In this document: positions 1-8,641 of the stretch, piece after piece | How the letters are laid out: each line of letters begins with the position of its first letter | Position numbering within the stretch: position 1 is the first letter of the stretch | Virus record (IMG/VR): IMGVR_UViG_3300043436_002834 | Span: 20,843 to 84,842 of that record | DNA length: 64,000 bases | Origin: a virus | Strand: one strand, 5' to 3' | Translations under genes and position numbers: made by a program | The notes under the pieces: model-generated | Seen by the model: only the letters and a program-made list of their open reading frames with translations | What the model was told of the DNA's origin: nothing | The model's database searches: none

Positions 1-2
1 AA

Positions 3-521
3 GGTGTTACATTTAGTAATTATGGATTTAATGTAAAAATTTCAGATTGTGTTGTTCATGGAAATGGGTACAATCAAACTTTTAATAATATTCCTTATAG
101 TCCAGATTTATTAAACCGAATTACTTTTTTAAATTGTTTATCTGATACAGAATCAGGTCCTTCTTTTTGTTGTTATACTAATGCACCAAATACAGGAAAT
201 ACTTGGAGTTATGGTAATTATATAAATTGTACAAGTTTAATTGGGTTTCCTTTTAACGGATATGCACAAAATAACGGACCTTATCTGCAACCATATCATA
301 TAGGATCATACATTAATTGTTTTGCAGGCAAAAATGACAATAATCAAGACTCATTTAAAAATATTATTTATTTAAATGAATGCAGCATGACTAATTGCAC
401 AGGCTACATTAATGGATCAGGTACAACATTTTTAAAACCTGCTAATTATTCTGCTAACGGTCATATTATAAATGGTTCTACTATAACAATTACAGGTGAT
501 GTACAAATTGTAAATTATTAA
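3..521 (+). CDS. 5'-truncated beta-helix-like tail spike/fibre protein (C-terminal part)
   Basis: Open frame from the window start to TAA at 519-521 (not in the ORF track). Asn/Cys/Gly-rich with repeated (I/L/T)NC turns, as in parallel beta-helix proteins. Confidence 0.55.
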   Translation, partial: GVTFSNYGFNVKISDCVVHGNGYNQTFNNIPYSPDLLNRITFLNCLSDTESGPSFCCYTNAPNTGNTWSYGNYINCTSLIGFPFNGYAQNNGPYLQPYHIGSYINCFAGKNDNNQDSFKNIIYLNECSMTNCTGYINGSGTTFLKPANYSANGHIINGSTITITGDVQIVNY

Positions 522-533
522 TAAATTAAGAAC

Positions 534-866
534 ATGAAAACATATAATTGGAATACAAAATGGGTTATTAAAGTACCTGTACAAATTACAAGTTTAGAAC
601 AAGCTGTACTTTCTTCTAAAGTTAAAGAAAATGAAGAAGAAAGAAAAAGTGTAGGTGATTCTATAATGGCAAGATCTGAGATTGAGATGACAGCAGCAGA
701 AAGAACTAAATTAGAATCTTTTTTGTTAAAAAAATTAGAACTTAAAAGTAAAACAGGTCTTGAATTTATAAGTTGTTACTTTCAAGCAGATATTGATGAA
801 GATATTATTTTTGGACATGTTATGTTCCGTAAAAATGATAAAACTGAAATTAAAAATTTTAATTAA
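534..866 (+). CDS. hypothetical protein
   Basis: 110 aa ORF with an A-rich leader, co-oriented with its neighbours. Confidence 0.6.
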   Translation: MKTYNWNTKWVIKVPVQITSLEQAVLSSKVKENEEERKSVGDSIMARSEIEMTAAERTKLESFLLKKLELKSKTGLEFISCYFQADIDEDIIFGHVMFRKNDKTEIKNFN

Positions 867-872
867 TCACTC

Positions 873-2141
873 ATGGCATCAAATATAGATATTACCGGTC
901 AGTATACTATTAATGGAGTACCTATTGGCGGAGGAGGCGGAGGAGGTCTTCCTCCTTATTTAGAAACTGATGATACTACATTATCTGTTTGGAATAATGG
1001 TACAGGTAATATTAATACCAATACTGTATTTGGTGAATCTGTATTATCTTTTAATACAACAGGATCTCAAAATGGAGGATTTGGTTTCTCTGCTTTAAAT
1101 TCCAATACTACAGGTTTTTCAAATATAGCCTTTGGACAACTTGCTCTATCATCTAATACAGTAGGATATGCCAATGTTGGCATTGGAGATATGTCTTTAT
1201 TGGCAAATCAAATAGGTAATAATAATATTGCTATTGGAGCCGCAGCATTACAAAATTCTAGTAATCAAAACGACAATATTGCCATAGGTACTGCAAGTTT
1301 AGCTTCATCTAATACGTCAACTAATTTAGCTGTCGGCAATTATGCATTGCAAAATAGTCAAGCAATTAGAAATTTGGCTATTGGTTACTATGCACTTAAT
1401 AATCATCGTTTTGGTCCTGATAATCTAGCTATCGGTGCATATGCATTATTAAATAATTACGATGGTCAAGAGAATATAGCTATTGGAACTTCTTCTTTAG
1501 TTGGTAATACTTCAGGAGATTATAATATAGCTATTGGATTTAATGCTATGAGTAATTCTAATGATTCTCAATATAATATTGCTATAGGTAGTTTAGCATT
1601 ATCTCAAGGTGTTACTTTAGGTACTGATAATATTGCAATTGGATACCAGGCTTTGTATGTTGGAGCAAATAATTCGTATAATAATATTGCCATTGGTAGA
1701 AAAGCATTGCAAGCTGCAAATACATCATCTAATATTGCAATCGGATTGCAAGCTTTAGAAAAAGCAACTACAGGCGATTCAAATTTAGCTATGGGTACAC
1801 TCACAGCACAGAATCTTACAACGGGTGCAGCTAATGTAAATCTTGGCGCTTCTGCTAGTCCTGCTTTAACTACAGGATCTTGGAATGTAGCAGTAGGTGT
1901 TGCAGGTATGGGTACAAATGCAACAGGATCAAGCAACGTAGCAATAGGTGCATCGACAAGTATTCCTAATTATAGTAGTTGTATTGTAATTGGTAGAGGT
2001 GCAACTGCAACGGCTAACAACCAATTTGTTGTTGGGTCTGCTACATATACTTCAGGCGCAGTAACAACAGAGACTGTAGCTAGTACAAGAACATGGTCTG
2101 TTGTAATCAACGGTGTAGCAAGAAAAATTTTATTAGCATAA
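873..2141 (+). CDS. trimeric fibre/adhesin with YadA/Hep_Hag-like head repeats
   Basis: About 20 repeats of ~14 aa with an NxAIGxxAL consensus; poly-Gly linker near the N-terminus. Confidence 0.75.
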   Translation: MASNIDITGQYTINGVPIGGGGGGGLPPYLETDDTTLSVWNNGTGNINTNTVFGESVLSFNTTGSQNGGFGFSALNSNTTGFSNIAFGQLALSSNTVGYANVGIGDMSLLANQIGNNNIAIGAAALQNSSNQNDNIAIGTASLASSNTSTNLAVGNYALQNSQAIRNLAIGYYALNNHRFGPDNLAIGAYALLNNYDGQENIAIGTSSLVGNTSGDYNIAIGFNAMSNSNDSQYNIAIGSLALSQGVTLGTDNIAIGYQALYVGANNSYNNIAIGRKALQAANTSSNIAIGLQALEKATTGDSNLAMGTLTAQNLTTGAANVNLGASASPALTTGSWNVAVGVAGMGTNATGSSNVAIGASTSIPNYSSCIVIGRGATATANNQFVVGSATYTSGAVTTETVASTRTWSVVINGVARKILLA

Positions 2142-2159
2142 TAATTAATATATTTGAAC

Positions 2160-2372
2160 ATGGAATATACACAAGAAGAAGTTACAAAATCAATTAATGC
2201 TGCATATGATAGCGTGCATTTAATTAATGAACTTAAAGCTAAAGAAACACTTACTGAATTAGAAGTGGCTATTTTAGACAGAAATGAAAGACATATTAGA
2301 ATTATGTTAGAAAAAGAGTGGTTTGTTGAAGGACTAACTGCTGAACAAAAAACTGAATTAGAAGCAATATGA
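2160..2372 (+). CDS. small acidic hypothetical protein (possible fibre chaperone)
   Basis: ATG at 2160 preferred over TTG at 2154; follows the fibre gene directly. Confidence 0.55.
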   Translation: MEYTQEEVTKSINAAYDSVHLINELKAKETLTELEVAILDRNERHIRIMLEKEWFVEGLTAEQKTELEAI

Positions 2373-2527
2373 ATCCAGAACAAGCACTTACAATTTTAAA
2401 ACAAGCTATAGATAAAGGATTTACGGCTGGTTTATATTCAATGCAGGATGCTGCTGTAATTTTACAAGCATTGACTACATTAAATTCTTCTGCTGCGCCA
2501 GAAACAAATTCAAATCAAAAAAGTTAA
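2369..2527 (+). CDS. small hypothetical protein (52 aa, MNPEQALTILKQAIDKGF...)
   Basis: Read manually; ATGA overlap with the upstream stop; below the ORF-track cutoff. Confidence 0.6.
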   Translation: MNPEQALTILKQAIDKGFTAGLYSMQDAAVILQALTTLNSSAAPETNSNQKS

Positions 2528-2547
2528 ATTATCTTTTAAAGATAATT

Positions 2548-2579
2548 TTGCTTCTTATATATTTTTTTTGTATATTATA
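2548..2579 (+). promoter_or_regulatory. putative phage promoter TTG-N20-TATATTA upstream of the lysis cassette
   Basis: TTTGTATATTATA at 2567-2579 with TTG at 2548-2550; the same core recurs in five other intergenic regions. Confidence 0.55.
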
Positions 2580-2591
2580 GATATAAGATCT

Positions 2592-3086
2592 ATGATTAAA
2601 AAAGAAAATATATCAATAATCTTGACCCTTTGTTTAGGGGTAATGTGCTTTATCTTAATTCTAAGAGAGCCAAAACAGGTTTACCCTGTATCTACTCAAA
2701 AGACAATTGAAAAACGCATAGAAGGCAAAGAAACTATTATTAAAGAAAAAGGTAAGGTTATTGACAACAGTAACCTTATCATTTCTGAACTTAACAATGG
2801 TCTTTTTGATTTACAGTCACAATTAGATGCTGTAAAAAATGCAAAAGATACTTTTAACATAGTACAAATCCAAGATACTATGATCCATGTGTTATATCGC
2901 AGGGATAAAGAAAAAGATGTGATTATAGCCGCGCAGGATACAATTATTCAAGCTCAGCGCTATATTATCAATTCAAAAGACACCATCATTGCTTCTAAAG
3001 AACTAGACCTTAAAAAAATTAAGCGACAAAGAAATTTGTCCTTATTGCTCAATGGAATATTAACTGCAGGATTGATTATAAAATGA
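2592..3086 (+). CDS. membrane-anchored coiled-coil protein (spanin-like?)
   Basis: N-terminal TM helix, coiled coil and C-terminal hydrophobic segment; ATG at 2592 preferred; lies in the lysis region. Confidence 0.5.
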   Translation: MIKKENISIILTLCLGVMCFILILREPKQVYPVSTQKTIEKRIEGKETIIKEKGKVIDNSNLIISELNNGLFDLQSQLDAVKNAKDTFNIVQIQDTMIHVLYRRDKEKDVIIAAQDTIIQAQRYIINSKDTIIASKELDLKKIKRQRNLSLLLNGILTAGLIIK

Positions 3087-3346
3087 TGGAAATTACACAA
3101 CTCATACAATGGGGTCTTATAGCTGTAACAGGAGTTATTGGCTACTTTCTAAGAATGATTCACACAGATGTTAGAAACAACACTGAAAGCCTTGGAAAAC
3201 TAAAAGGAAAAATTGAATTAGTGGAACAAGAATCTCGACTCAAGTACCAGGCTATTCAAGAACAAACACAGTTAGAGATTAAAAATCTTGCTAGAACTGT
3301 AGGAGAACTATCAGATGCAGTTAAACAATTAATTTTACATAAATAA
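3083..3346 (+). CDS. single-TM coiled-coil protein (holin-like)
   Basis: N-terminal TM (LIQWGLIAVTGVIGYFL) followed by a coiled coil. Confidence 0.5.
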   Translation: MMEITQLIQWGLIAVTGVIGYFLRMIHTDVRNNTESLGKLKGKIELVEQESRLKYQAIQEQTQLEIKNLARTVGELSDAVKQLILHK

Positions 3347-3537
3347 TGGATACAGTATCAACAGCACCGGACTTTGGAGTATTTGCTCAATTAGGCGATT
3401 ATGGTCCGCTAGGATTAGCCGTATTAGCTCTTGGCTATGTTGCTTGGTTATTTATTAAGAGATATCTTGATGATAACAAAAGAATGAAAGAGGAGCTTGA
3501 TGAAAAAAAAACAACAAAAAGAAAACCTAAGAAATAA
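3346..3537 (+). CDS. small single-TM holin-like protein, paralog A
   Basis: YGPLGLAVLALGYVAWLF TM segment and a basic tail. Confidence 0.5.
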   Translation: MDTVSTAPDFGVFAQLGDYGPLGLAVLALGYVAWLFIKRYLDDNKRMKEELDEKKTTKRKPKK

Positions 3538-3779
3538 TGTCATTTGGTCCCTTTGAAGTATTAACGCAGTATGGGGTATTAGGCTTTGCTGTCTTAGCAC
3601 TGGGTTACTTATGCTGGATGTTTTTAAATAAACTACTCAAAAGTGAGGAAGAATTAAAAGCAAAAGTTGAAGAACTAGAAGGTGATTATAGAGATGACCT
3701 AGAAAAAAAGCTTGAAGAAAGCACTGAAAGTTCTAAAAGTTTAAAAGAAACTATACTATTGCTTTTTGGTAAAAAATGA
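3537..3779 (+). CDS. small single-TM holin-like protein, paralog B
   Basis: YGVLGFAVLALGYLCWMF TM segment, clearly similar to the preceding gene. Confidence 0.5.
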   Translation: MSFGPFEVLTQYGVLGFAVLALGYLCWMFLNKLLKSEEELKAKVEELEGDYRDDLEKKLEESTESSKSLKETILLLFGKK

Positions 3780-4156
3780 AAACTAGACTATTTCTGATAG
3801 CGGGTGGTTTTATTCTACTTGTAGTATTGCAGATATTCTCAAGTGGGCACGGACATGTTGTAGTTGTAAAAGATAATGTAAAACTTACAGGAGAAAATAA
3901 ACAACTTTCAGTTGCCAATACTAAATTAACTAAGAGTGTAGGTAAATTAAAAGCTGCAAATAAAGAGTTGGTGGAAGATAAAGCCAGTTTAGAAGAAATG
4001 GTTTCTGAAGTAATAGGAGATCTAGATTCAACCCGCAGTGTAGTTAAAGATATTAAAAAGGAGTTAGCAAATGAAAAGGATATTGTTCGTAGGCAGTCTA
4101 CTGGTAAGCAGTTTGAGTTCCAGCCAATCACGCTACCCACTGCAGACGGTAATTGA
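3776..4156 (+). CDS. i-spanin-like protein (N-terminal TM + coiled coil)
   Basis: Type II membrane topology with a long coiled coil; its 3' end is overlapped by the next gene, as in Rz/Rz1. Confidence 0.45.
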   Translation: MKTRLFLIAGGFILLVVLQIFSSGHGHVVVVKDNVKLTGENKQLSVANTKLTKSVGKLKAANKELVEDKASLEEMVSEVIGDLDSTRSVVKDIKKELANEKDIVRRQSTGKQFEFQPITLPTADGN

Positions 4157-4622
4157 AGGTGACTCAGTAGTTATACTTACAAAGGGACAGGCTGATACAA
4201 TTAATGATATTTTTGAAAGCCAAAAAAAGAAACTAGCTGATACTAAAACACAATTGTTCTTAAAGGATTCTTTGTTAAAAGCTAAAGACTCTTTATTAAG
4301 AATTATTTATAGCAGAACATCAGATTATGAACAGTTAAAATCTGATTACCTGTCAGCAATGTTTTTTCTTGATTATGTTGAAACTTGGATATATGACAGA
4401 GCAGTAGAAGGAGCTTGGATATACTATTCATATGACAGCAACTGGATTGAAGCTATGGATCTATCAGAATACAAAGTAAGAAAGAATGATCAAACCGGAG
4501 ACATATTCTTTTATAGAGCAGAAAATTGTCCTCCGGAAGACAAAAAGAAAAATGACTATCCAAAAAGAGGATGGGAAAAAGAAGTAGTATTACCAAACAG
4601 ACCTAAAATAAATAAGTTATGA
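4071..4622 (+). CDS. secreted/periplasmic protein overlapping the i-spanin-like gene
   Basis: Signal peptide MKRILFVGSLLVSSLSSS-Q with no lipobox Cys; 86 nt overlap with the upstream gene. Confidence 0.5.
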   Translation: MKRILFVGSLLVSSLSSSQSRYPLQTVIEGDSVVILTKGQADTINDIFESQKKKLADTKTQLFLKDSLLKAKDSLLRIIYSRTSDYEQLKSDYLSAMFFLDYVETWIYDRAVEGAWIYYSYDSNWIEAMDLSEYKVRKNDQTGDIFFYRAENCPPEDKKKNDYPKRGWEKEVVLPNRPKINKL

Positions 4623-4888
4623 AAAAGTTTTTTAGAGAGTTAATCTCAGACGACAACAACATTAATGAGCAAGCCTTTGTAGGGGTTGTATCATTTTTTG
4701 CTATGGTATTTGTATTATTGACAGATGTAATTACAGGAATCATTGGTAACGAACTAATCATTAAAGAATTTATCTTTGATGGATTTATGTTACTAACTTT
4801 AGGAGCATTTGGAATTACCACTGCAGGAAGAATTTTAAAGCTTAAAGAAAAAGCTAAAAAAGATGAAGAAGTAAACATTGAAGAATAA
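4619..4888 (+). CDS. two-TM holin-like protein
   Basis: Two hydrophobic helices and a charged C-terminus; directly precedes the endolysin. Confidence 0.55.
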   Translation: MKKFFRELISDDNNINEQAFVGVVSFFAMVFVLLTDVITGIIGNELIIKEFIFDGFMLLTLGAFGITTAGRILKLKEKAKKDEEVNIEE

Positions 4889-4903
4889 TTAAAATAAATA
4901 ACA

Positions 4904-5368
4904 ATGCAATTAAGTAAAAACCTATCACTTGCAGAAGTAACAAGAAGTGAAACTGCTAAACGTAGAGGAGTAAGCAACATGCCAACAGAAGCGCATATTG
5001 CAAACTTTAAATTATTAGCTGAGAAAGTGTTTCAGCCAATCCGTGAACACTTTGGTGTTCCAATTCATATTTCATCTGGATACCGCTCTGCAGCGTTAAA
5101 TAAGGCTATTGGCGGAGCAGCCTCCAGTCAACATTGCACAGGAGAAGCGATTGATATTGATATGGATGGTACATCAATTACCAATGCGCAAATCTTTAAC
5201 TACATTAAAGATAATTTAGAGTTTGATCAACTTATTTGGGAGTTTGGTACAGACAAAAATCCTGATTGGGTACATGTATCTTATGAGTCAACTGGTAAAC
5301 AACGCAAGCAAATGCTTAAAGCTGTTAAAACATCAACAGGTACAAAATACTTAGTTTACAATGGCTAG
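4904..5368 (+). CDS. endolysin, peptidase M15 family Zn-peptidase
   Basis: SSGYRS...SQHCTGEAID and WVHVS motifs typical of Peptidase_M15. Confidence 0.88.
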   Translation: MQLSKNLSLAEVTRSETAKRRGVSNMPTEAHIANFKLLAEKVFQPIREHFGVPIHISSGYRSAALNKAIGGAASSQHCTGEAIDIDMDGTSITNAQIFNYIKDNLEFDQLIWEFGTDKNPDWVHVSYESTGKQRKQMLKAVKTSTGTKYLVYNG

Positions 5369-5654
5369 AAATTCATTAGCTGGAAAATCTACTGGCACAA
5401 GTAAATCTGCCAAGTATTTTGCTACTCATCCGGAAGCACGCAAGAAGAAGAATGCATATAATAAAGAATATCATTCTAGTCCTTCGCGTGTTAACTATAG
5501 AGAAGAGTTGAATGCAGCTAATAGAAAGTCAGGTACTTATGGTAACAAAGATGGTAAAGATAAATCTCATACTAAATCTGGAAAACTAGTAAGTGAAAAA
5601 GCTTCTACAAACCGTGCTAGAAATGGTAGAGGCGGTAAACCTAAAAGAAAATAA
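5361..5654 (+). CDS. basic protein with a degenerate HNH-like motif
   Basis: K/R-rich; DGKDKSH...STNRARN resembles the minimal HNH-like proteins of phages. Confidence 0.45.
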   Translation: MARNSLAGKSTGTSKSAKYFATHPEARKKKNAYNKEYHSSPSRVNYREELNAANRKSGTYGNKDGKDKSHTKSGKLVSEKASTNRARNGRGGKPKRK

Positions 5655-5684
5655 CACACCCTTTTGAATTTTATTTCATTAGCT

Positions 5685-5710
5685 AAGGCCCTCACATAGA
5701 GGGCTTTTTT
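5685..5710 (+). terminator. intrinsic terminator
   Basis: GCCCTC-acata-GAGGGC hairpin followed by T6. Confidence 0.8.
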
Positions 5711-5712
5711 AT

Positions 5713-5750
5713 TTAAACATTTATTAGTTAAACATTTATTATTATATTTG
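5713..5750 (+). promoter_or_regulatory. Bacteroidota-type -7 element TATATTTG preceded by a 14-bp direct repeat
   Basis: TAnnTTTG match at 5743-5750; TTAAACATTTATTA at 5713-5726 and 5728-5741. Confidence 0.6.
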
Positions 5751-5771
5751 ACACAATAAATATTTAAAATT

Positions 5772-6020
5772 ATGTCAGAACAAACCAACCAAGAAACAGA
5801 CAGAGAATACACTGAAGCTGAGTTAAATGCAATGCGTGAAAAAACCATCAAGTATTATGCTCAGCAAAAAAAAGTATTGACTAGTCAATGTGAAGTAGAA
5901 GAATTAAAAGCAAGAATTAAGAAAGCACAATTTGAAGCATTTGATTATACAGTTCGCATGATGCAGATCAATCAAGCTATAAAAGAAGCAGAAGATGAAG
6001 TAGAACAAAAATCTGAATAA
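5772..6020 (+). CDS. hypothetical coiled-coil protein
   Basis: 82 aa ORF, first gene after the terminator/promoter. Confidence 0.65.
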   Translation: MSEQTNQETDREYTEAELNAMREKTIKYYAQQKKVLTSQCEVEELKARIKKAQFEAFDYTVRMMQINQAIKEAEDEVEQKSE

Positions 6021-6022
6021 TT

Positions 6023-6388
6023 ATGGCCAAGGCATTAGTAGTAAATAAGCAAGTGCCTTTATCTTTAAAAGAAGTAATTAAGTTTCAAATAAACATGTAT
6101 TGCTTTATTAATAAGATAAGGCTTAGTCCTGCGCAGTTAGACTGTTTATCATTGCTAGGACTTTATGGTGACATCAATATGTCTGATTTTTGTGCGGAAG
6201 TAGTATCTGAAGAAATTTTTGGAAATGTACAGACTACTAGAAACTTTATAACCAAATGTGTTAAAGAAGATTTAGTTACGCGCAGTGGATTAGGTAATAA
6301 AATTGTATCCATAAATAAGAAATTAGAGTTATTAACAGAAGGCACAATTTTACTTAACTTAAAAGTGTATCACGTTGAGACCAACTAA
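6023..6388 (+). CDS. hypothetical protein (possible winged-helix DNA-binding protein)
   Basis: LSPAQLDCLSLL...QTTRNFITKCVKEDLV pattern is wHTH-like. Confidence 0.45.
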   Translation: MAKALVVNKQVPLSLKEVIKFQINMYCFINKIRLSPAQLDCLSLLGLYGDINMSDFCAEVVSEEIFGNVQTTRNFITKCVKEDLVTRSGLGNKIVSINKKLELLTEGTILLNLKVYHVETN

Positions 6389-6740
6389 AGCAAAAGAGTT
6401 AATTAAAAAAACTGCAGAAGAACTTAACTTAAATGAAGAACTAGTTAAGGATGTTGTAGATTTTTATTATTCAGTTGTTGTAAAGAAAATTGAAAACTTA
6501 GAAACAACTACAATATTCTTACATGGTTTAGGGACTTTAAGACTAAGCAGAAAAAAATTAGATTTTCAAATTAGAAATCTTAAAAAACTGCTAGATAGTA
6601 ACTCTCAAGAAGACTTTAAGAAAGTGGTTAAGTATAACCTTTCTAAAGCTATGCTTGATAGCAAAGAAAAGGCATTAGAAATGTGTAATGATTATTATAA
6701 GGAATTATATGAAAAGCGTTATAAAGATTTGGAAAAATAA
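6375..6740 (+). CDS. HU/IHF-like DNA-binding protein
   Basis: KELIKKTAEELNL...VKDVVD...IFLHGLGTL fits the HU/IHF fold; such genes are common in crAss-like capsid modules. Confidence 0.7.
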   Translation: MRPTKAKELIKKTAEELNLNEELVKDVVDFYYSVVVKKIENLETTTIFLHGLGTLRLSRKKLDFQIRNLKKLLDSNSQEDFKKVVKYNLSKAMLDSKEKALEMCNDYYKELYEKRYKDLEK

Positions 6741-7029
6741 AAATCAAATTTTAGAAGGCATTAAAAACAATATTTTTAAATCTGAAGATGTAGAAATAAT
6801 TGCTAATGAAAGATGGGTTATTTGTGAGGGTTGTCCTTTATTAGATAAAAAAGGTTCCAAGTGTTTAGTTCCAGGCACCGGTCCATGCTGTGGATCATGT
6901 GGTTGTAGCATGGGTCTTAAATTAAGATCTCTTGGATCAGAATGTCCAGAAGGCAAATGGGATGCTGTATTAACACATGAAGAAAATTATTTATTGCAAC
7001 AAAACTTAAAAAAAGAAGACAATGCCTGA
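6709..7029 (+). CDS. Cys-rich Zn-binding protein
   Basis: CxxC...C...CCxxCGC...CPxGKW; ATG at 6709 preferred. Confidence 0.65.
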   Translation: MKSVIKIWKNKNQILEGIKNNIFKSEDVEIIANERWVICEGCPLLDKKGSKCLVPGTGPCCGSCGCSMGLKLRSLGSECPEGKWDAVLTHEENYLLQQNLKKEDNA

Positions 7030-7303
7030 TATTAATTCAATACCAAGTGTAGATTCAATGATATGGGGCGGAACATCTACTCATAACGGAAATGGTCTTT
7101 TTGCACATAGTGGCGGCAGTACAACTATTCATAGTCTTAATAATCACTTAGAAGAAATTGAAATAATTGCTGATTTATTAGCTGCAGGTATAATTACATC
7201 TGATTCATATTTTAAATTAAAAACTTTACTTCGCTCAACAGATTTGGAAGTAAGACAACTTGGACTAAAATTTATATCAGAAAAATCTAAATTAGAAATA
7301 TGA
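7022..7303 (+). CDS. hypothetical protein
   Basis: 93 aa ORF coupled to both neighbours. Confidence 0.5.
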   Translation: MPDINSIPSVDSMIWGGTSTHNGNGLFAHSGGSTTIHSLNNHLEEIEIIADLLAAGIITSDSYFKLKTLLRSTDLEVRQLGLKFISEKSKLEI

Positions 7304-8139
7304 GTTTAAAGTTTTATTCAGAAGAACACAAGTATGTAAGTGATGATGATTCAGAAAAAATTGACTGGATCAGTGTTACAAGATTGATACATGCTTTTAA
7401 AGAACCTTTCAATACTCAGGTAATGGCTGAGGCTTGTTCTAAAGGAAAGAATCCCAAGTACAATAAAATGACTCCTCAAGAGATTATTGATTTGTGGGAA
7501 AAAGAGAATAAGCGAGCAGTTGCTGTTGGGTCATGGTATCATGATCAAAGAGAAAGAGATTTGCTTTCATGTAATACCATTACCCGCCAAGGAAGAGAAC
7601 TTGAAATTATTAATCCTCTTATGGATGGTAATATTAAGTTGGCCCCATCTCAACAACTTGTAGAGGGTATTTATCCTGAACATCTTGTTTATCTTAAATC
7701 TGCAGGTGTTTGTGGACAATCAGATAGAGTAGAAGTAGTTTTTGATCTTGTTGATGTATTTGATTACAAAACCAACAAAGAAATTAAAATGGAAGGGTTT
7801 AAGGGAAAAGGCGGTAAAACAAAAAAAATGTTGCCTCCTTTGTCTCATTTAGATGATTGCAATTATAATGATTATGCATTGCAGTTAAGTACTTACATGT
7901 ATATTATTTTAAAACATAATCATCATTTAAAACCAGGTAAAATTCAATTAGATCATGTTGAATTTGAAGTTGAAAAATTAGATGAAAATGGATATCCAAT
8001 AGTATCAACTGATGCTATGGGTGATCCACTAGTAAAAAAAGTAACACCTTATGAATTGCCATATTTAAAAAAGGAAGTTATTGCAATGTTTAAGTTTTTA
8101 CAAGAGAATAGAGATAAAGTTTTAAATCATGGCCATTAA
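7300..8139 (+). CDS. PD-(D/E)xK nuclease
   Basis: GQSD...DYKT...YALQLSTY motifs of RecB/Cas4-like nucleases. Confidence 0.8.
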   Translation: MSLKFYSEEHKYVSDDDSEKIDWISVTRLIHAFKEPFNTQVMAEACSKGKNPKYNKMTPQEIIDLWEKENKRAVAVGSWYHDQRERDLLSCNTITRQGRELEIINPLMDGNIKLAPSQQLVEGIYPEHLVYLKSAGVCGQSDRVEVVFDLVDVFDYKTNKEIKMEGFKGKGGKTKKMLPPLSHLDDCNYNDYALQLSTYMYIILKHNHHLKPGKIQLDHVEFEVEKLDENGYPIVSTDAMGDPLVKKVTPYELPYLKKEVIAMFKFLQENRDKVLNHGH

Positions 8140-8641
8140 GTTATTTGACATACAGGGAGGTAAGGTTGTTCCTACAGAACATTGCCATACACTACCCTTT
8201 TTAAAAAGAATCATGAACGAGTATGAGGATAACCACTTGGCTATCTTGGCATACCTGTTTTACATGTCTTGCCGCAGTTCTGAGAACCCTTATTTTAATA
8301 GACCGCAAGATGAAGTAGAGGAAGAGATTCTACGGGATCTAGAAGCAAACTTTGATCCGGAAGACAGATATATCAGAATGGCTCTGGACCGATGTAAAGA
8401 TATGTATGAAACACCTACCGTTAGAGCATATAATGGTATTGCAAACATGTTAGAGAAATTAGCATTGTATATGGAGACGCAAACAATTACTGATGGTAGA
8501 GATGGTAACATTACTGCTATTGTAAGTGCTGCCAAAAACTTTGATGCAATTAGAAAATCATTTAAAGGTGTTGCTAAAGATCTTGAAGAAGAACAATCAT
8601 CAAGAGCAAGAGGTGGACAAAAACTAAGCTACGATGATTAG
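8129..8641 (+). CDS. conserved protein upstream of terL (possible terminase small subunit)
   Basis: Position immediately before the terminase; helical, with a C-terminal RGG. Confidence 0.45.
   Translation: MAIKLFDIQGGKVVPTEHCHTLPFLKRIMNEYEDNHLAILAYLFYMSCRSSENPYFNRPQDEVEEEILRDLEANFDPEDRYIRMALDRCKDMYETPTVRAYNGIANMLEKLALYMETQTITDGRDGNITAIVSAAKNFDAIRKSFKGVAKDLEEEQSSRARGGQKLSYDD

Noticed and set aside
926-947. GGAGG runs as Shine-Dalgarno sites
   Set aside because: They are intragenic poly-Gly codons; real starts here lack SD motifs.
873-2141. Diversity-generating retroelement target or template repeats in fibre genes
   Set aside because: Repeats are degenerate protein-level units; no reverse transcriptase or adenine-specific TR/VR pair is visible in this window.
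7769-7777. AAACCAAC inside the nuclease gene as an sRNA target
   Set aside because: It lacks the GTCAG half and is far from a start codon. It shows that the short half-motif alone can occur by chance.
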